From positions 1 to 64,000 of the forward strand of contig JAQBYT010000007.1 of assembly GCA_027622665.1 (NCBI GenBank): a stretch of DNA of 64,000 nt. Direction: 5' to 3'. The notes below the pieces were generated by a model. The model had not been told where the DNA came from. It did not search any database and worked only from the letters and a program-made list of their open reading frames with translations. Source of the stretch: Verrucomicrobiota bacterium (GTDB lineage: Bacteria; Verrucomicrobiota; Verrucomicrobiia; Opitutales; Seribacteraceae). The stretch's first letter is position 1. The number at the start of each line of letters is the position of its first letter. The position numbers and the translations under genes were made by a program. Of the stretch, positions 1-9,641 are shown one piece after another.

Positions 1-710
1 GGAGGACACGACGATCCCTGCGATCACCTTGTCCGGCTCATCCGCGGTTACGCATGAGGCTGCCACGGCTTATTCTGACGCAGGCGCCACTTGGACGGAT
101 ACTTTGGATGGAAACGGCACCATCTCGGCAAACGGATCCGTGAACGTGAACGTGAACGTACCCGGCGTCTATACCTTGACCTATTCCAAGAGCGATGCCG
201 CCGGCAACGCCGCCACCCAAGTTACCCGAACGGTGACCGTGGAGGACACGACGATCCCCGTGATCACCCTGTCCGGATCATCCGCCGTTACGCACGAGGC
301 GGCAACGGCCTATTCGGACGCCGGTGCTACCTGGACGGATACCTTGGATGGAAACGGCACCATCTCGGCAAACGGATCCGTGAACGTGAACGTACCCGGC
401 GTCTATACCTTGACCTATTCCAACAGCGATGCCGCCGGCAACGCCGCCACTCAAGTTACTCGTACTGTGACCGTGCAGGACACGACTCCTCCCGTGATAG
501 CCTTGAACGGTGAATCGAATGCCTCGCACGAGGCCGGGGCTCCTTACTTGGAGCTCGGGGCCGTTTGGACGGATGCCTTGGACGGGAATGGATCCGCATC
601 CGTTTCTAGGACGGTGGACGTCAATTTTACCGGCGTCTATATCCTGAACTATTCTCACACGGATGCCGCGGGCAATCCCGCCGTGGAAGTGACCCGCTCG
701 GTGACGGTGT
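1..710 (+). repeat. Intragenic tandem repeat, ~234-240 bp unit; two near-identical copies plus one diverged copy
   Basis: 1-240 and 241-474 both begin GGAGGACACGACGATCCC and are nearly identical; a third diverged unit follows to ~710. Confidence 0.9.
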
Positions 711-1672
711 TCAACCTGAGCCCTCTCGGGGTGGTGCTTTCAGGGCTATCTTTGGAGGAGGGGCTTTCTTCCGCGACCGCGATCGGTTCTTTTTCCGTGG
801 CTGTGAACCCGGATTCAAATGTCTCTAAAAGTCATACCTTCGCTTTGGTCGAGGGATTCGGTTCGGAGGGGAATTCAAACTTCTCGATTGATGAAGCGGG
901 AAGGCTTCTCAGCGGGGTGTCCTTCGATTACGAATCCCAAGTTTCCTTTTCCATTCGTGTGCGAGCCACGGATCAGTTCGGGGGCGAGGCCGAAGAAACC
1001 TTCACGATTTCGGTGGTCGATGCTTTCGAACCCATAGTCGACACCCAACCTGCCGACGGCGTGGACGCCGGGGCTCCCACCTTGCGAGGAGTAGTGGCCG
1101 ACCTAGGTCATTCCGGAGGCATTGTCGGTCATGGCTTTCTTTTAGGGACCACGCCTGATTTGAAACTTGGCAATCCCGACGTCTCCAATCTTTCCGCTAC
1201 CTCGGATGGAACTTCCTTTTCCGTCGCCGCATCGGAACTTATTGCGGGGAAGACTTATTACTACAAGGCCTACGCCACCAACGTCGAGGGCACGGGATAC
1301 GGCTCCCAAGAGCGCTTTACGGCGGCTGAGCAGGCGAGCGGACCATCCTGGGCGGGAGCAGTGGCTTCCCCGGACGCCGCCGACTGGTGGACTAGCCCGT
1401 GGTTCGGCAGTTTCTTCCTTTCCTCGAATGGCTGGCTGCGGCACGAGAAGCTCGGCTGGTTGTTCGCCATCGACGAAGGCGCCGGCGGGGTTTGGCTTTG
1501 GCAGGAAAACCTAGGTTGGCTCTGGACGGGCGAGGGGATCTATCCCCATCTGTTTCTGAATGCCGAAAATGGCTGGGGTTTCCTTTTGGGCGACAGTGAA
1601 AATCGCTTTTTCCTCTATCGGTTCTCGGATTCCACCTGGTTGGATGTGGCGGAGGGAGTGGAGCAACAATGA
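1..1672 (+). CDS. Surface protein, 5'-truncated by the window: Ig-like DUF5011-type repeats, cadherin-like domain, FN3-like domain, Trp-rich C-terminal module
   Basis: Frame open from position 2 (EDTTIPAITLSG...). Repeated 'DTTxPVITLxG...Y.DAGATWTD..DG...PGVYTLTYS.SDAAGN.A..VTRTVTV' units; cadherin-like 'FDYESQVSFSIRVRATD'; FN3-like 'GKTYYYKAYATNVEGTGYG'. Confidence 0.85.
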   Translation, partial: EDTTIPAITLSGSSAVTHEAATAYSDAGATWTDTLDGNGTISANGSVNVNVNVPGVYTLTYSKSDAAGNAATQVTRTVTVEDTTIPVITLSGSSAVTHEAATAYSDAGATWTDTLDGNGTISANGSVNVNVPGVYTLTYSNSDAAGNAATQVTRTVTVQDTTPPVIALNGESNASHEAGAPYLELGAVWTDALDGNGSASVSRTVDVNFTGVYILNYSHTDAAGNPAVEVTRSVTVFNLSPLGVVLSGLSLEEGLSSATAIGSFSVAVNPDSNVSKSHTFALVEGFGSEGNSNFSIDEAGRLLSGVSFDYESQVSFSIRVRATDQFGGEAEETFTISVVDAFEPIVDTQPADGVDAGAPTLRGVVADLGHSGGIVGHGFLLGTTPDLKLGNPDVSNLSATSDGTSFSVAASELIAGKTYYYKAYATNVEGTGYGSQERFTAAEQASGPSWAGAVASPDAADWWTSPWFGSFFLSSNGWLRHEKLGWLFAIDEGAGGVWLWQENLGWLWTGEGIYPHLFLNAENGWGFLLGDSENRFFLYRFSDSTWLDVAEGVEQQ

Positions 1673-3978
1673 AAATCTTTTCAACAGCCTGTCTTCTTGC
1701 GTTCGGATTCGCCTTCTCGATGCTTTCCCTTTCGGGTCAATTTCCCGCAGATGGAACGGGGAAGGGTGCGCTCATTATCGTTTCCAAGGATGGTCCCACT
1801 CGCTTCCTTGATCTTCAAGGAAGCCCCCTGCCTGCCGGCAAGACGACTGTAGGCGCCGCCTTGAGCGAGGGTTACGTAGCCCAAGCCGGGGTCGGTGGTA
1901 AGATCGTACTTTTGCTTTCCAACGGCACGGTCATCACCTTGGAGTCGCAGACGAAGTTGATGATCCGCGAGTTTTCCCAGGAACCATTCGACGCCGCCGG
2001 CAGAAAAGTGTCTGATTTGGCGGAAGAGCCGAGCAAGTCCAACGTAAAGCTCGACTTGGACTGGGGTTCAATCGTGGTGGCGACCAAGAAGCTCGACAAG
2101 GGCTCTAGGCTTAACATTCATTCCCCGACGGGTACTGCGGGTATTCGAGGGACTCAGTTTCAGATGTCGCAGAATCCCGGGATCGGGGTGAAGCTGGATG
2201 TTTCGGAATCCACCGTGGCTTTCACTTCTCCCGGAGCGGCTCAGCCTGTGGCTGTAGGCGCCGGCCAAGGACTCGACGTTTCTGCAGCGGGCGTGGTTAC
2301 TCCCAGACCAATCAGTCCGTCCGCCGCACAAAACATTACCGTAACCAACACTGCGGCTGCTCAGGCTACGGGCGAGGTCTCGTTGAGCGATGTGAGTGAT
2401 TCCATGACCCAAGCGACGACGGAGGCAGGCGAACCCGATTCAGGTGGAGACTCTGCTCCCGCCGAGGAGGGTGGAACCGATGGCGGAGCTGAGGAAAGTG
2501 GTGGTTCCGGCGAACCAGTTGGAGAAACTTCTGCCGAGTCTACGACCGATTCGGCGATGACCGAATCTTCCGTTCCATCGGAAACGTCTGCTCCCAACGT
2601 CGATACCAGTCAAGTGCTTGAGAACAACACAGAAGCCACCCAATCCCGCAAGACGGGGAAGGTAAACCCTCTTTCAAAAATCGTGAGCCAATTCGGCCTG
2701 ACAGATCGCCAGGCGGAAATTTTCTATTCGTTCGGCGCTTCCGTTCAAGGTTCCTTGGTTTCGTCGGGCGCCGAGGTCACTAAGCGTTTGATCGACATGA
2801 CCGACAAAGGGGTGCTGGAGGTCCATCTTCAAGCTTTCTATGCTTATTCAGAGGAAATCCGAGCTAAGATGTTGGGGTTGACCGATGAAGGCGGTTTGTC
2901 GAATCTTCTGCTGAAGCAATACGAGGAGTCGTGGTTGACTGGAATGCTTACGGATCAAAGCCTTCTTGCCCTGAACACTGAGAATCCGCCGGATTCCACT
3001 TCCGTTACCACGCGCACGGATTCTTTTCTTGCCTTGGCGGATAAGCTCAGGGAGTCGGGGAACTCCGACGTTATGGAGGATTTGCTTGAACTTGGTGGTG
3101 GCTTCTTGACCGACGAGTTGTTGCTCGAGGGGGAGGTCGCCAACCGCTTGCTGGGAGATTTTACGACTTCGGGGTCTCTGGCTGCCGCGATGATCGTGGA
3201 CGGGACAGACGCTTTGGCCAACCGCCTGTATCAAGACGTGTCAGTGCTCTACAGGGCTTTGGCAAATGATCTCTTGGTCGCGGGCGCAGCCTCCTTCATC
3301 GGGGCTCGCTCGATGACGCTTGGAGGCGGTGAATACTCTCTAGACAACTTGGTTCCGAGTGGTTCGGATTCACTTGTTTTCGGCGCAGTGGACAAACTGA
3401 CCCTGCAAGGGGAGATCAGTTTTTCGGGTGACGCAGGGTCAGGCAAGCGGATCGTATTGATGAGTGGCAACGAGCTTCAAGGCTCGAACGACCTGACCTT
3501 GGACGCGGCGACTAACGACTTGGTGCTTTCGGTGGCCGGAGATGTCGCTCTGGAAGGTGCCACGGCGGAACTGCCCATATTCCTGCGGGGGGCTCGTGAG
3601 GTAACCATCCATTCAATGAGGAACGCTCACCTGCAGAATACGGAGGTAAGCGCTTCTCAACAGGCTACGATCAAGGCGGCCAAGGAATTGTACGTCGACA
3701 ATATGCGCTTCAACGCGGAGTTGCCCAAGATCGTGATGGAGGCGACTACCATTCGGCTTTCGAACGTCACTTTCCCCGCCGGCGCAGCAGTACGGTTGAA
3801 CAGCCTCAAGGGAGCCATCGACGGTCGCTATCCGAATTTCGGTACCAATGTTTCCGCAGCCCAACAGCTGGGGCGGGTAAACTTCCTGCAGAACGTCAAG
3901 TCGGGCGGCAATCTCCTGCACGATCGCCCGAGCTTCGACTCATTCGGCGGGAATATTAACATTGGCAAGCTGAGGTAG
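1669..3978 (+). CDS. Secreted FecR-domain protein with acidic low-complexity linker
   Basis: Signal peptide; FecR-like motifs 'LLLSNGTVITLESQTKL' and 'IHSPTGTAGIRGTQF'; ATGA overlap with the upstream gene. Confidence 0.75.
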   Translation: MKIFSTACLLAFGFAFSMLSLSGQFPADGTGKGALIIVSKDGPTRFLDLQGSPLPAGKTTVGAALSEGYVAQAGVGGKIVLLLSNGTVITLESQTKLMIREFSQEPFDAAGRKVSDLAEEPSKSNVKLDLDWGSIVVATKKLDKGSRLNIHSPTGTAGIRGTQFQMSQNPGIGVKLDVSESTVAFTSPGAAQPVAVGAGQGLDVSAAGVVTPRPISPSAAQNITVTNTAAAQATGEVSLSDVSDSMTQATTEAGEPDSGGDSAPAEEGGTDGGAEESGGSGEPVGETSAESTTDSAMTESSVPSETSAPNVDTSQVLENNTEATQSRKTGKVNPLSKIVSQFGLTDRQAEIFYSFGASVQGSLVSSGAEVTKRLIDMTDKGVLEVHLQAFYAYSEEIRAKMLGLTDEGGLSNLLLKQYEESWLTGMLTDQSLLALNTENPPDSTSVTTRTDSFLALADKLRESGNSDVMEDLLELGGGFLTDELLLEGEVANRLLGDFTTSGSLAAAMIVDGTDALANRLYQDVSVLYRALANDLLVAGAASFIGARSMTLGGGEYSLDNLVPSGSDSLVFGAVDKLTLQGEISFSGDAGSGKRIVLMSGNELQGSNDLTLDAATNDLVLSVAGDVALEGATAELPIFLRGAREVTIHSMRNAHLQNTEVSASQQATIKAAKELYVDNMRFNAELPKIVMEATTIRLSNVTFPAGAAVRLNSLKGAIDGRYPNFGTNVSAAQQLGRVNFLQNVKSGGNLLHDRPSFDSFGGNINIGKLR

Positions 3979-4171
3979 GGATCACCCTTTTGGGTTGTGG
4001 CTTATTCGCCCCGAATGAATTTCGGTATTTGTTCCTACCTTTCTTGAAATCCCTTCGGGAAAACAGGGAAAGCCAGCAAGGGTTTTCTTTCTAACCTCCT
4101 CAGTCAAAGGGTCGCGCTAGTTTGAATCCGGCTTTTGATTGAGTGATGCGGCGAAAGCGCGAGCGGAAAGT

Positions 4172-4549
4172 TTACTCCACCTTACTCGTGGCGTAGTTGT
4201 AGAAGCGGGCTGGGCCATCCTTCCGTTTCAGGAAGTAGAGCCAATGGCTGGCGTCGGCTTGGTACAGGTAGCGATAGCTGTTCGGGTTCGTCCATAGCCA
4301 TCCTTGGCTTTCGTGCCAGAGCCAAACGCCTCCGTGACCGTCGTCTTGGGCATAGATCCGGCCCAGTTCCTCATGATAAAGCCACGGTGTGCTTGTTTTG
4401 TAAAAGGAACCGAACCACGATGAATTTCTCCAACCGGCGTTGGCTTCTTCCGAACCGGCAAGCCATGAAGCGACTGGCGCGAGATTCCCCGAAAGGCTTA
4501 CCCGTTTCACGACCTCGATCGGATTGCCACGCCCATGCGGGCTTGCCAT
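4172..4549 (-). pseudogene. Orphan Trp-rich C-terminal module, probably a gene remnant
   Basis: Encodes only the W..S.WFG...WLYH..LG...GVWLW...GWLWT module; no signal peptide or cargo domain; start codon lies inside a palindromic repeat. Confidence 0.55.
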
Positions 4550-4779
4550 GACAAGAGTGTGGGATATGTCCCTAAACTGTGACGAACCATAACGCCCATT
4601 CCCGTCCTACCTTTGTCATTGCGAGGAGTGTGGAGACGCGGCAATCCAGCGGACGCGTATGGTATCCCGCATTACGACCTCGACTGGATTGCCACGCCAG
4701 TTCTCTTCGAGACCTTTCTTGCAATGACAAAAAGTGAGAAGACTGGATTGCTATGCCCATACGGGCCCGCAATGACAAG
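4509..4779. repeat. Cluster of REP/RPE-like palindromic elements
   Basis: TTGTCATTGC (4613-4622) is the reverse complement of GCAATGACAA (4721-4730); GGCAATCCAG (4640-4649) of CTGGATTGCC (4684-4693). Extra half-units GGATTGC...ATGACAA at 4521-4554 and 4745-4778. Confidence 0.8.
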
Positions 4780-4811
4780 GGTGGCGTTGCCTTGCCTTCG
4801 GCCTCTCGGCC

Positions 4812-7283
4812 TCAGGGTCGCCCCAGTTCCCAACCGGTGCGGCCGCCGTGGGCGCGGATGTAGGCGGCGGCGTCGGTATCCTCGTTGGCTACGTCCACGG
4901 GGGTGATGCCGTCGGGCCCGTAGCGGGCGTTGATCTCTATTCCAAGGAAAAGAGCTTTGCGAATAAGGGACTTCTTGCCAGAGAAGGCGGCTCCGTGCAT
5001 GAAGGAATAACCGTCCTTGGCCGGCAGGGTGGGGTCCGCCTTTCGTTCGAGAAGGAAATCGACCATGTCCTCGCGGCCGGCGACGGCGGCGAGGATGAGC
5101 GGGGTGGCCCCGAACCCGTCGCGGGCGTTTACGTCCTCGCCCTTGTCGAGGAATTCCTTGACGGTTTTGAAGTCGCCAAGGCCGGCGGCGACGTGGAGGG
5201 GGTGTTCCACCTTCACTCCGATCTCCAAAAGCATGTCGAAAATTGGTTTGTGACCGCCTGCGGCCGCGAGCTCGGCGAGGCTGGTACCGTGCTCGTCCTT
5301 GGCATGGGGATCGGCGGAGAGTGCCAGCAGGATTTCGAGGGTTTCCTTTTCGCCACGCAGGGAGGCGGTCATGCCGGGGGTTTCGCCCTCGTCGGTTCGG
5401 GCGTTTACGTCAGCTCCGTTTTCGAGAAGGACCTCGAGGACTTGCCGGTTTCTCCCCCATGCTGCACTGTGGAGGGGCGTGGAGTCGTGGCGACCTCGGG
5501 CATTGGGGTCGCCGCCTTTATTTATAAGGTATTCCACGATGGCGGGGTTACCCTTGTAGGCGGCGTAATGCATGGGCGAGTGGCCGAAGCGGTCGGGGGC
5601 GTTGATGAGGGCGCCTTCGTTGATGGCGGATACTACGGCAGATGGGGTATTGCGGCCGATGGCGAGGAAAAGCTTGTCGTTGAAGCGGTCGATGATTTCC
5701 TGAGCCAAGTGACGCCCGAGGATTTGCCATCCGTTGCCCTTTTTGTCGCGAAGCTGGATAACTGCCTTCAAGTTGTCCCAGTTGCCGGTGACCGCTATGC
5801 GTTCACCCTCGTCGGTCAAATCGAGGGTTTTCAGCAGGTCGAAGTTAAGCGGGCCGGCGTCTCGGATCGATCGGGAGAGTGAACGGAGATTCACTTCGGC
5901 GGCCACGGGATGTTTGGCGAAGAGCTCGCGTCGATTCTTGTTTAGGCGATTGAGCGGACGTCCCAAGGTAGCCTCCCTCAGATACTCTGGAGTGCTGAGC
6001 CAGAGGGCGTCTTTCTTACGTGTGAGTCCCGGACCGTTGTAGGCGAGAAGTGAATCGAGAATGCCCCCGATGTTGGCTTGGGCAAGGAACTGCCCGAGGG
6101 AAAAGTCCGATTCGATGCCTATGCCCAGGAGCATGCCGGGACTGGGCAAAGCAGGAGGGCTTTCGGGTGATCGAGATGGCTGCCCCTTGCGGAAGGATCC
6201 GAGTGCAAGGGCGAAGTGACCGGAGGGGGAGGCGAGGAGGTCATCAACGGAATCTTGGAGAGCGGACATGGCGGCTCCTTTCGAATCCTCTCCTTCTTTC
6301 TTTTCGGGCACAGCTCCTAACAGTTGTGTGAGTATGGCGGCTAGGGTGGAACGCATGTCTTCGGGGTCGATTGACAGTCCCGCCACGACGGGAGCGTCTC
6401 CTGGCAGGAGATCGACTAGGTGCGCGGGGAGACCGTTGGCCTCTTTTCCCTTTTTCGCCGGTTTGGCTTCGGGGTCTTCGATTTCAAGGATGAAGCGGCC
6501 GGGGTGCGATTTGATGCGTGCGGCCAGTTTGCGTTCCAAAATGGGTCCGATGGCGGGGAGCATCCCTTTCCACTGATCGGCTGGCCAGAAAAGGTGCGCG
6601 AGTTTGGCGAGTCCCTCCCCATTTACGTATAGATCGACGTCTCCTGATTTTCCGAGGTGCTTGGCAAGCGACTTGGGCAAACTATCTGTCGGCTTTTCCA
6701 AAAGGGATCTTGCGACTTCCTCCACGCGGTCCGACGGATCAATCGGGTTTCCGGGAGATGGAGCTACGCCGACGAAGGCGATGACTTGGCCCTTCATTGC
6801 CAGACCGATTGACTTCCCCGTGCCGACGTAGGCGACGAACCCTTTGTCCCTGCGCATCCGCAAATTGGCCTTCTTCGCGATGGAGGCGAGACTGGAAGCG
6901 ACCTTTTCCTTGTCCTTGGCGAAAAATAATGCGCCGAACGCAAGGGCGTCGTCCTTGGCATGCCCGCCGCGTAGAAAAAGGCGAACGGGCACTTTTAGGT
7001 TTAGGCCGGTGGCATTGGCGTCTTCGAGGATGGGGGCGATCTCGGGCAGGACTTTTTCGACCCATTTCAGGATGGGTTTCCATTCGGCGGTGTTTGCGTA
7101 ATCCGACTTTTCGAGGATGTTCCCCAGACGGACGGAGGCCACGACGTAGGCGTCCTCGGGAATCCACTTGGCCGTGCCTTGCAGGGCGGCGACTGCGTGC
7201 GAGGAGGAGAAAACCAAGGCGAGGGCCACCCACAAAGGCTTGATTTTGAATGTTTGGAATCGGACGTCGTGTTTTTTGTGCAT
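4812..7283 (-). CDS. Secreted ankyrin-repeat protein with large N-terminal domain of unknown function
   Basis: C-terminal ankyrin motifs (GHSPMHYAAYKG, STPLHSAAWG, PLHVAAGLG, GATPLILAA); N-terminal signal peptide ending HAVA. Confidence 0.85.
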   Translation of the reverse strand: MHKKHDVRFQTFKIKPLWVALALVFSSSHAVAALQGTAKWIPEDAYVVASVRLGNILEKSDYANTAEWKPILKWVEKVLPEIAPILEDANATGLNLKVPVRLFLRGGHAKDDALAFGALFFAKDKEKVASSLASIAKKANLRMRRDKGFVAYVGTGKSIGLAMKGQVIAFVGVAPSPGNPIDPSDRVEEVARSLLEKPTDSLPKSLAKHLGKSGDVDLYVNGEGLAKLAHLFWPADQWKGMLPAIGPILERKLAARIKSHPGRFILEIEDPEAKPAKKGKEANGLPAHLVDLLPGDAPVVAGLSIDPEDMRSTLAAILTQLLGAVPEKKEGEDSKGAAMSALQDSVDDLLASPSGHFALALGSFRKGQPSRSPESPPALPSPGMLLGIGIESDFSLGQFLAQANIGGILDSLLAYNGPGLTRKKDALWLSTPEYLREATLGRPLNRLNKNRRELFAKHPVAAEVNLRSLSRSIRDAGPLNFDLLKTLDLTDEGERIAVTGNWDNLKAVIQLRDKKGNGWQILGRHLAQEIIDRFNDKLFLAIGRNTPSAVVSAINEGALINAPDRFGHSPMHYAAYKGNPAIVEYLINKGGDPNARGRHDSTPLHSAAWGRNRQVLEVLLENGADVNARTDEGETPGMTASLRGEKETLEILLALSADPHAKDEHGTSLAELAAAGGHKPIFDMLLEIGVKVEHPLHVAAGLGDFKTVKEFLDKGEDVNARDGFGATPLILAAVAGREDMVDFLLERKADPTLPAKDGYSFMHGAAFSGKKSLIRKALFLGIEINARYGPDGITPVDVANEDTDAAAYIRAHGGRTGWELGRP

Positions 7284-7376
7284 GAGATTTCTAACCCTTT
7301 AAGTTAACAGGCGTTGCGGTGGGGTCAAATTTTCTTTCGAGGTTGCGTTTTCGTTTTGGGAGGAAAAGAACGAAGG

Positions 7377-7973
7377 ATGTTCACTGGTATCGTCGAAAAC
7401 ATGGGTGTTGTTGCTTGCTTGACCGAGGAAGAGGAAGCTTGGCGTCTCGTGCTTCAATTACCCTTTGTCGATGGTGGCGGATTGAAGCCCGGCGATAGCT
7501 TGGCGATAGACGGTTGCTGCCTAACGGTGACGGAGTTGAGCGGACAGAACGCTTCCTTCGATCTACTTGAAGAGACCCTTTTGCGAACCACTTTCGGTAG
7601 CCTTGCCGCAGGCGACAAGGTCAACTTGGAGCGTTCTTTGGCTGCGGATGGGCGACTGGGCGGGCATTTCGTGACCGGGCACGTCGACGCCACGGGCGAG
7701 GTGATCGTCTTTGAGGAGAGAGGAAAGAACATTTACCTTCAGGTTCGGGTACCCGAGGCATTTTCGCACTACTTGGCGGACAAGGGAAGCGTCGCGGTGG
7801 ACGGATGTTCGCTTACGGTGTGCGACGTACAGCAAGACCTGTTTGCCGTTTGGCTGATACCGCACACGCTTTCGCTGACTTCCCTTGAGTCGCTCAAGGC
7901 GGCTGATCTCGTGAACTTGGAGTTCGATCTCTTGGCCAAGTACGTGGAGCGTATTTCGAGCCGAGGTCAATAG
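7377..7973 (+). CDS. ribE: Riboflavin synthase (alpha chain)
   Basis: MFTGIVE N-terminus (ATG 7377); GDSLAIDGCCLTV; VNLERSL...RLGGHFVTGHVD. Confidence 0.97.
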   Translation: MFTGIVENMGVVACLTEEEEAWRLVLQLPFVDGGGLKPGDSLAIDGCCLTVTELSGQNASFDLLEETLLRTTFGSLAAGDKVNLERSLAADGRLGGHFVTGHVDATGEVIVFEERGKNIYLQVRVPEAFSHYLADKGSVAVDGCSLTVCDVQQDLFAVWLIPHTLSLTSLESLKAADLVNLEFDLLAKYVERISSRGQ

Positions 7974-7976
7974 TTA

Positions 7977-8969
7977 GTGGCTGGGAGCGCGATGACAATG
8001 GACTTGGAGGATGGAGCGAGAGCGGTGTTGGAAGAGTTGAAGCGCCAACGGCAAGAAGGCGTGGACGCAGTCTACTTGGAGCAAGAAACGATAGACGGTC
8101 TGCGGACGGCTTTGGGGTCGATGGAGACAAAAGTTTCTTCCGCCGTAGTTCCGGAAGCGAAGCCGGAACCCAAGCCAGAACCGAAACCTACTCCGCAACC
8201 TGCTCCTGTAGAGCTGGTTGCGAGTAGTTCTGCTCCTCCCGTTGAAGTGGCTGAAGTGAAACCGAAGCCAATTACAAAACCCGTTCGGAAAGCGGAGCCC
8301 GCGGGACCTTCCGTGTTGCCGCCTCCACCCGATGTGAACTTGCCGGATGGCGATCCGGAGAGTCGCATGTCCTGGCTTCGCGACTTGGTGGTGGCTTGCC
8401 CCACCTGCAACGCCAACCTTAATCCCGGCTCCAAAGTTGTGTTCGGGGTAGGCAATCCGTCCGCCGATGTCTTTTTTTGCGGGGAAGCTCCCGGCAACGA
8501 CGAGGAGATAAAAGGAGAACCCTTTGTCGGTGCTGCGGGCCAATTGCTGGACAAGATAATTTCCGCGACGGGCTTGACCCGCGAAGGCGTCTACATCGGA
8601 AACGTCATGAATTGGCGCCCCCAACATGATCAAGCCTTTGGAAATCGGCCGCCCACGGAAGAGGAAATGAATTTCTGCCTCCCTTACCTGAAGGCCCAGT
8701 TGGAAGTGGTGCAACCAAAGGTAATCGTGGTCCTTGGTCGAACCGCCGCCAATGCCTTGGTTCAACCCGACCCGAGTGCCAAGATGGGAGACGTTCGAGG
8801 CCGATGGTGGGAATTCGAGGGTGTGCCCCTGATGGTCACCTATCATCCATCCTATCTCCTCCACAATCCCAGCATGCTGGGTAAACGCCGGGTGTGGGAG
8901 GACGTCTTGCTGGTGATGGAGCGCTTGGAAATGCCCATTTCCGATAAGCAACGAGGTTTTTTCCAGTAA
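7977..8969 (+). CDS. Uracil-DNA glycosylase, family 4, with Pro/Glu/Lys-rich N-terminal linker
   Basis: GEAPGNDE...PFVGAAGQLL, NRPPT..E...C.PYL, TYHPSYLL; Fe-S Cys CPTC. Confidence 0.93.
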   Translation: MAGSAMTMDLEDGARAVLEELKRQRQEGVDAVYLEQETIDGLRTALGSMETKVSSAVVPEAKPEPKPEPKPTPQPAPVELVASSSAPPVEVAEVKPKPITKPVRKAEPAGPSVLPPPPDVNLPDGDPESRMSWLRDLVVACPTCNANLNPGSKVVFGVGNPSADVFFCGEAPGNDEEIKGEPFVGAAGQLLDKIISATGLTREGVYIGNVMNWRPQHDQAFGNRPPTEEEMNFCLPYLKAQLEVVQPKVIVVLGRTAANALVQPDPSAKMGDVRGRWWEFEGVPLMVTYHPSYLLHNPSMLGKRRVWEDVLLVMERLEMPISDKQRGFFQ

Positions 8970-8984
8970 GAAGGCATTGGCGGG

Positions 8985-9611
8985 ATGAAGGTTCTACTCG
9001 TTTTGGCAGGCGAACCGCCCGATGAATCTCTTCTTGCTTGGCGAGCTGAGGACGCCGACTTCGTTATTGCCGTCGACGGCGGGATGAACGTCTTAATCCA
9101 TGCTGGGATTCAGCCCGATTTGCTTGTGGGGGATTTCGATTCCTTCGATCCGTCGACCTCGGGTTCCGTTTCCTGCGAAGTCGTCCGCGAGGAAGATCAG
9201 GATTCGACGGATCTGGAGAAAGCCCTTCGCCACTTGCCCGGAGATGAAGCACCCGATGAAATCGTTCTTCTTGGTGCCACGGGGGGGCGTTCCGACCATT
9301 TCTTGACCAACCTATTGGTGGTGTCCACCTTGCCCGAGGGAACCAAGATCGCCCTCGACGCGACCGATGAAATTATTCGTCGAGCAACTCCGGTTTGTTC
9401 GGTTTCACTGATTGGGATGAGTGGCCAAACGGTCAGCCTCTTGCCTCTTTCCCGATGCGATGGGGTCACTACCAAAGGGTTGCGCTGGGAACTTGCGGAT
9501 GCCGCGATGGGGCAGGGCGTCCTTCTCGGACAAAGCAACCAAGCGGTTTCCGAAGATGTCTCCGTCAGCTTGCGGTCGGGGAACTTGTTCGTGATTACAC
9601 CAAAGAGGTAG
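8985..9611 (+). CDS. thiN: Thiamine pyrophosphokinase
   Basis: IAVDGG, PDLLVGDFDS, DSTDLEKAL, GATGGRSDHFLTNL, GLRWEL. Confidence 0.93.
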   Translation: MKVLLVLAGEPPDESLLAWRAEDADFVIAVDGGMNVLIHAGIQPDLLVGDFDSFDPSTSGSVSCEVVREEDQDSTDLEKALRHLPGDEAPDEIVLLGATGGRSDHFLTNLLVVSTLPEGTKIALDATDEIIRRATPVCSVSLIGMSGQTVSLLPLSRCDGVTTKGLRWELADAAMGQGVLLGQSNQAVSEDVSVSLRSGNLFVITPKR

Positions 9612-9641
9612 CCGAGTCGATAGTCGGACTGATGACCTGCC

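Noticed and set aside
4509..4779. Repeat cluster as a CRISPR array
   Set aside because: Inverted, degenerate, irregularly spaced units; no cas genes.
4848..5882. 344-aa plus-strand ORF
   Set aside because: Antisense shadow of the ankyrin gene; no motifs.
7974..8951. 325-aa minus-strand ORF
   Set aside because: Antisense shadow of the UDG gene.
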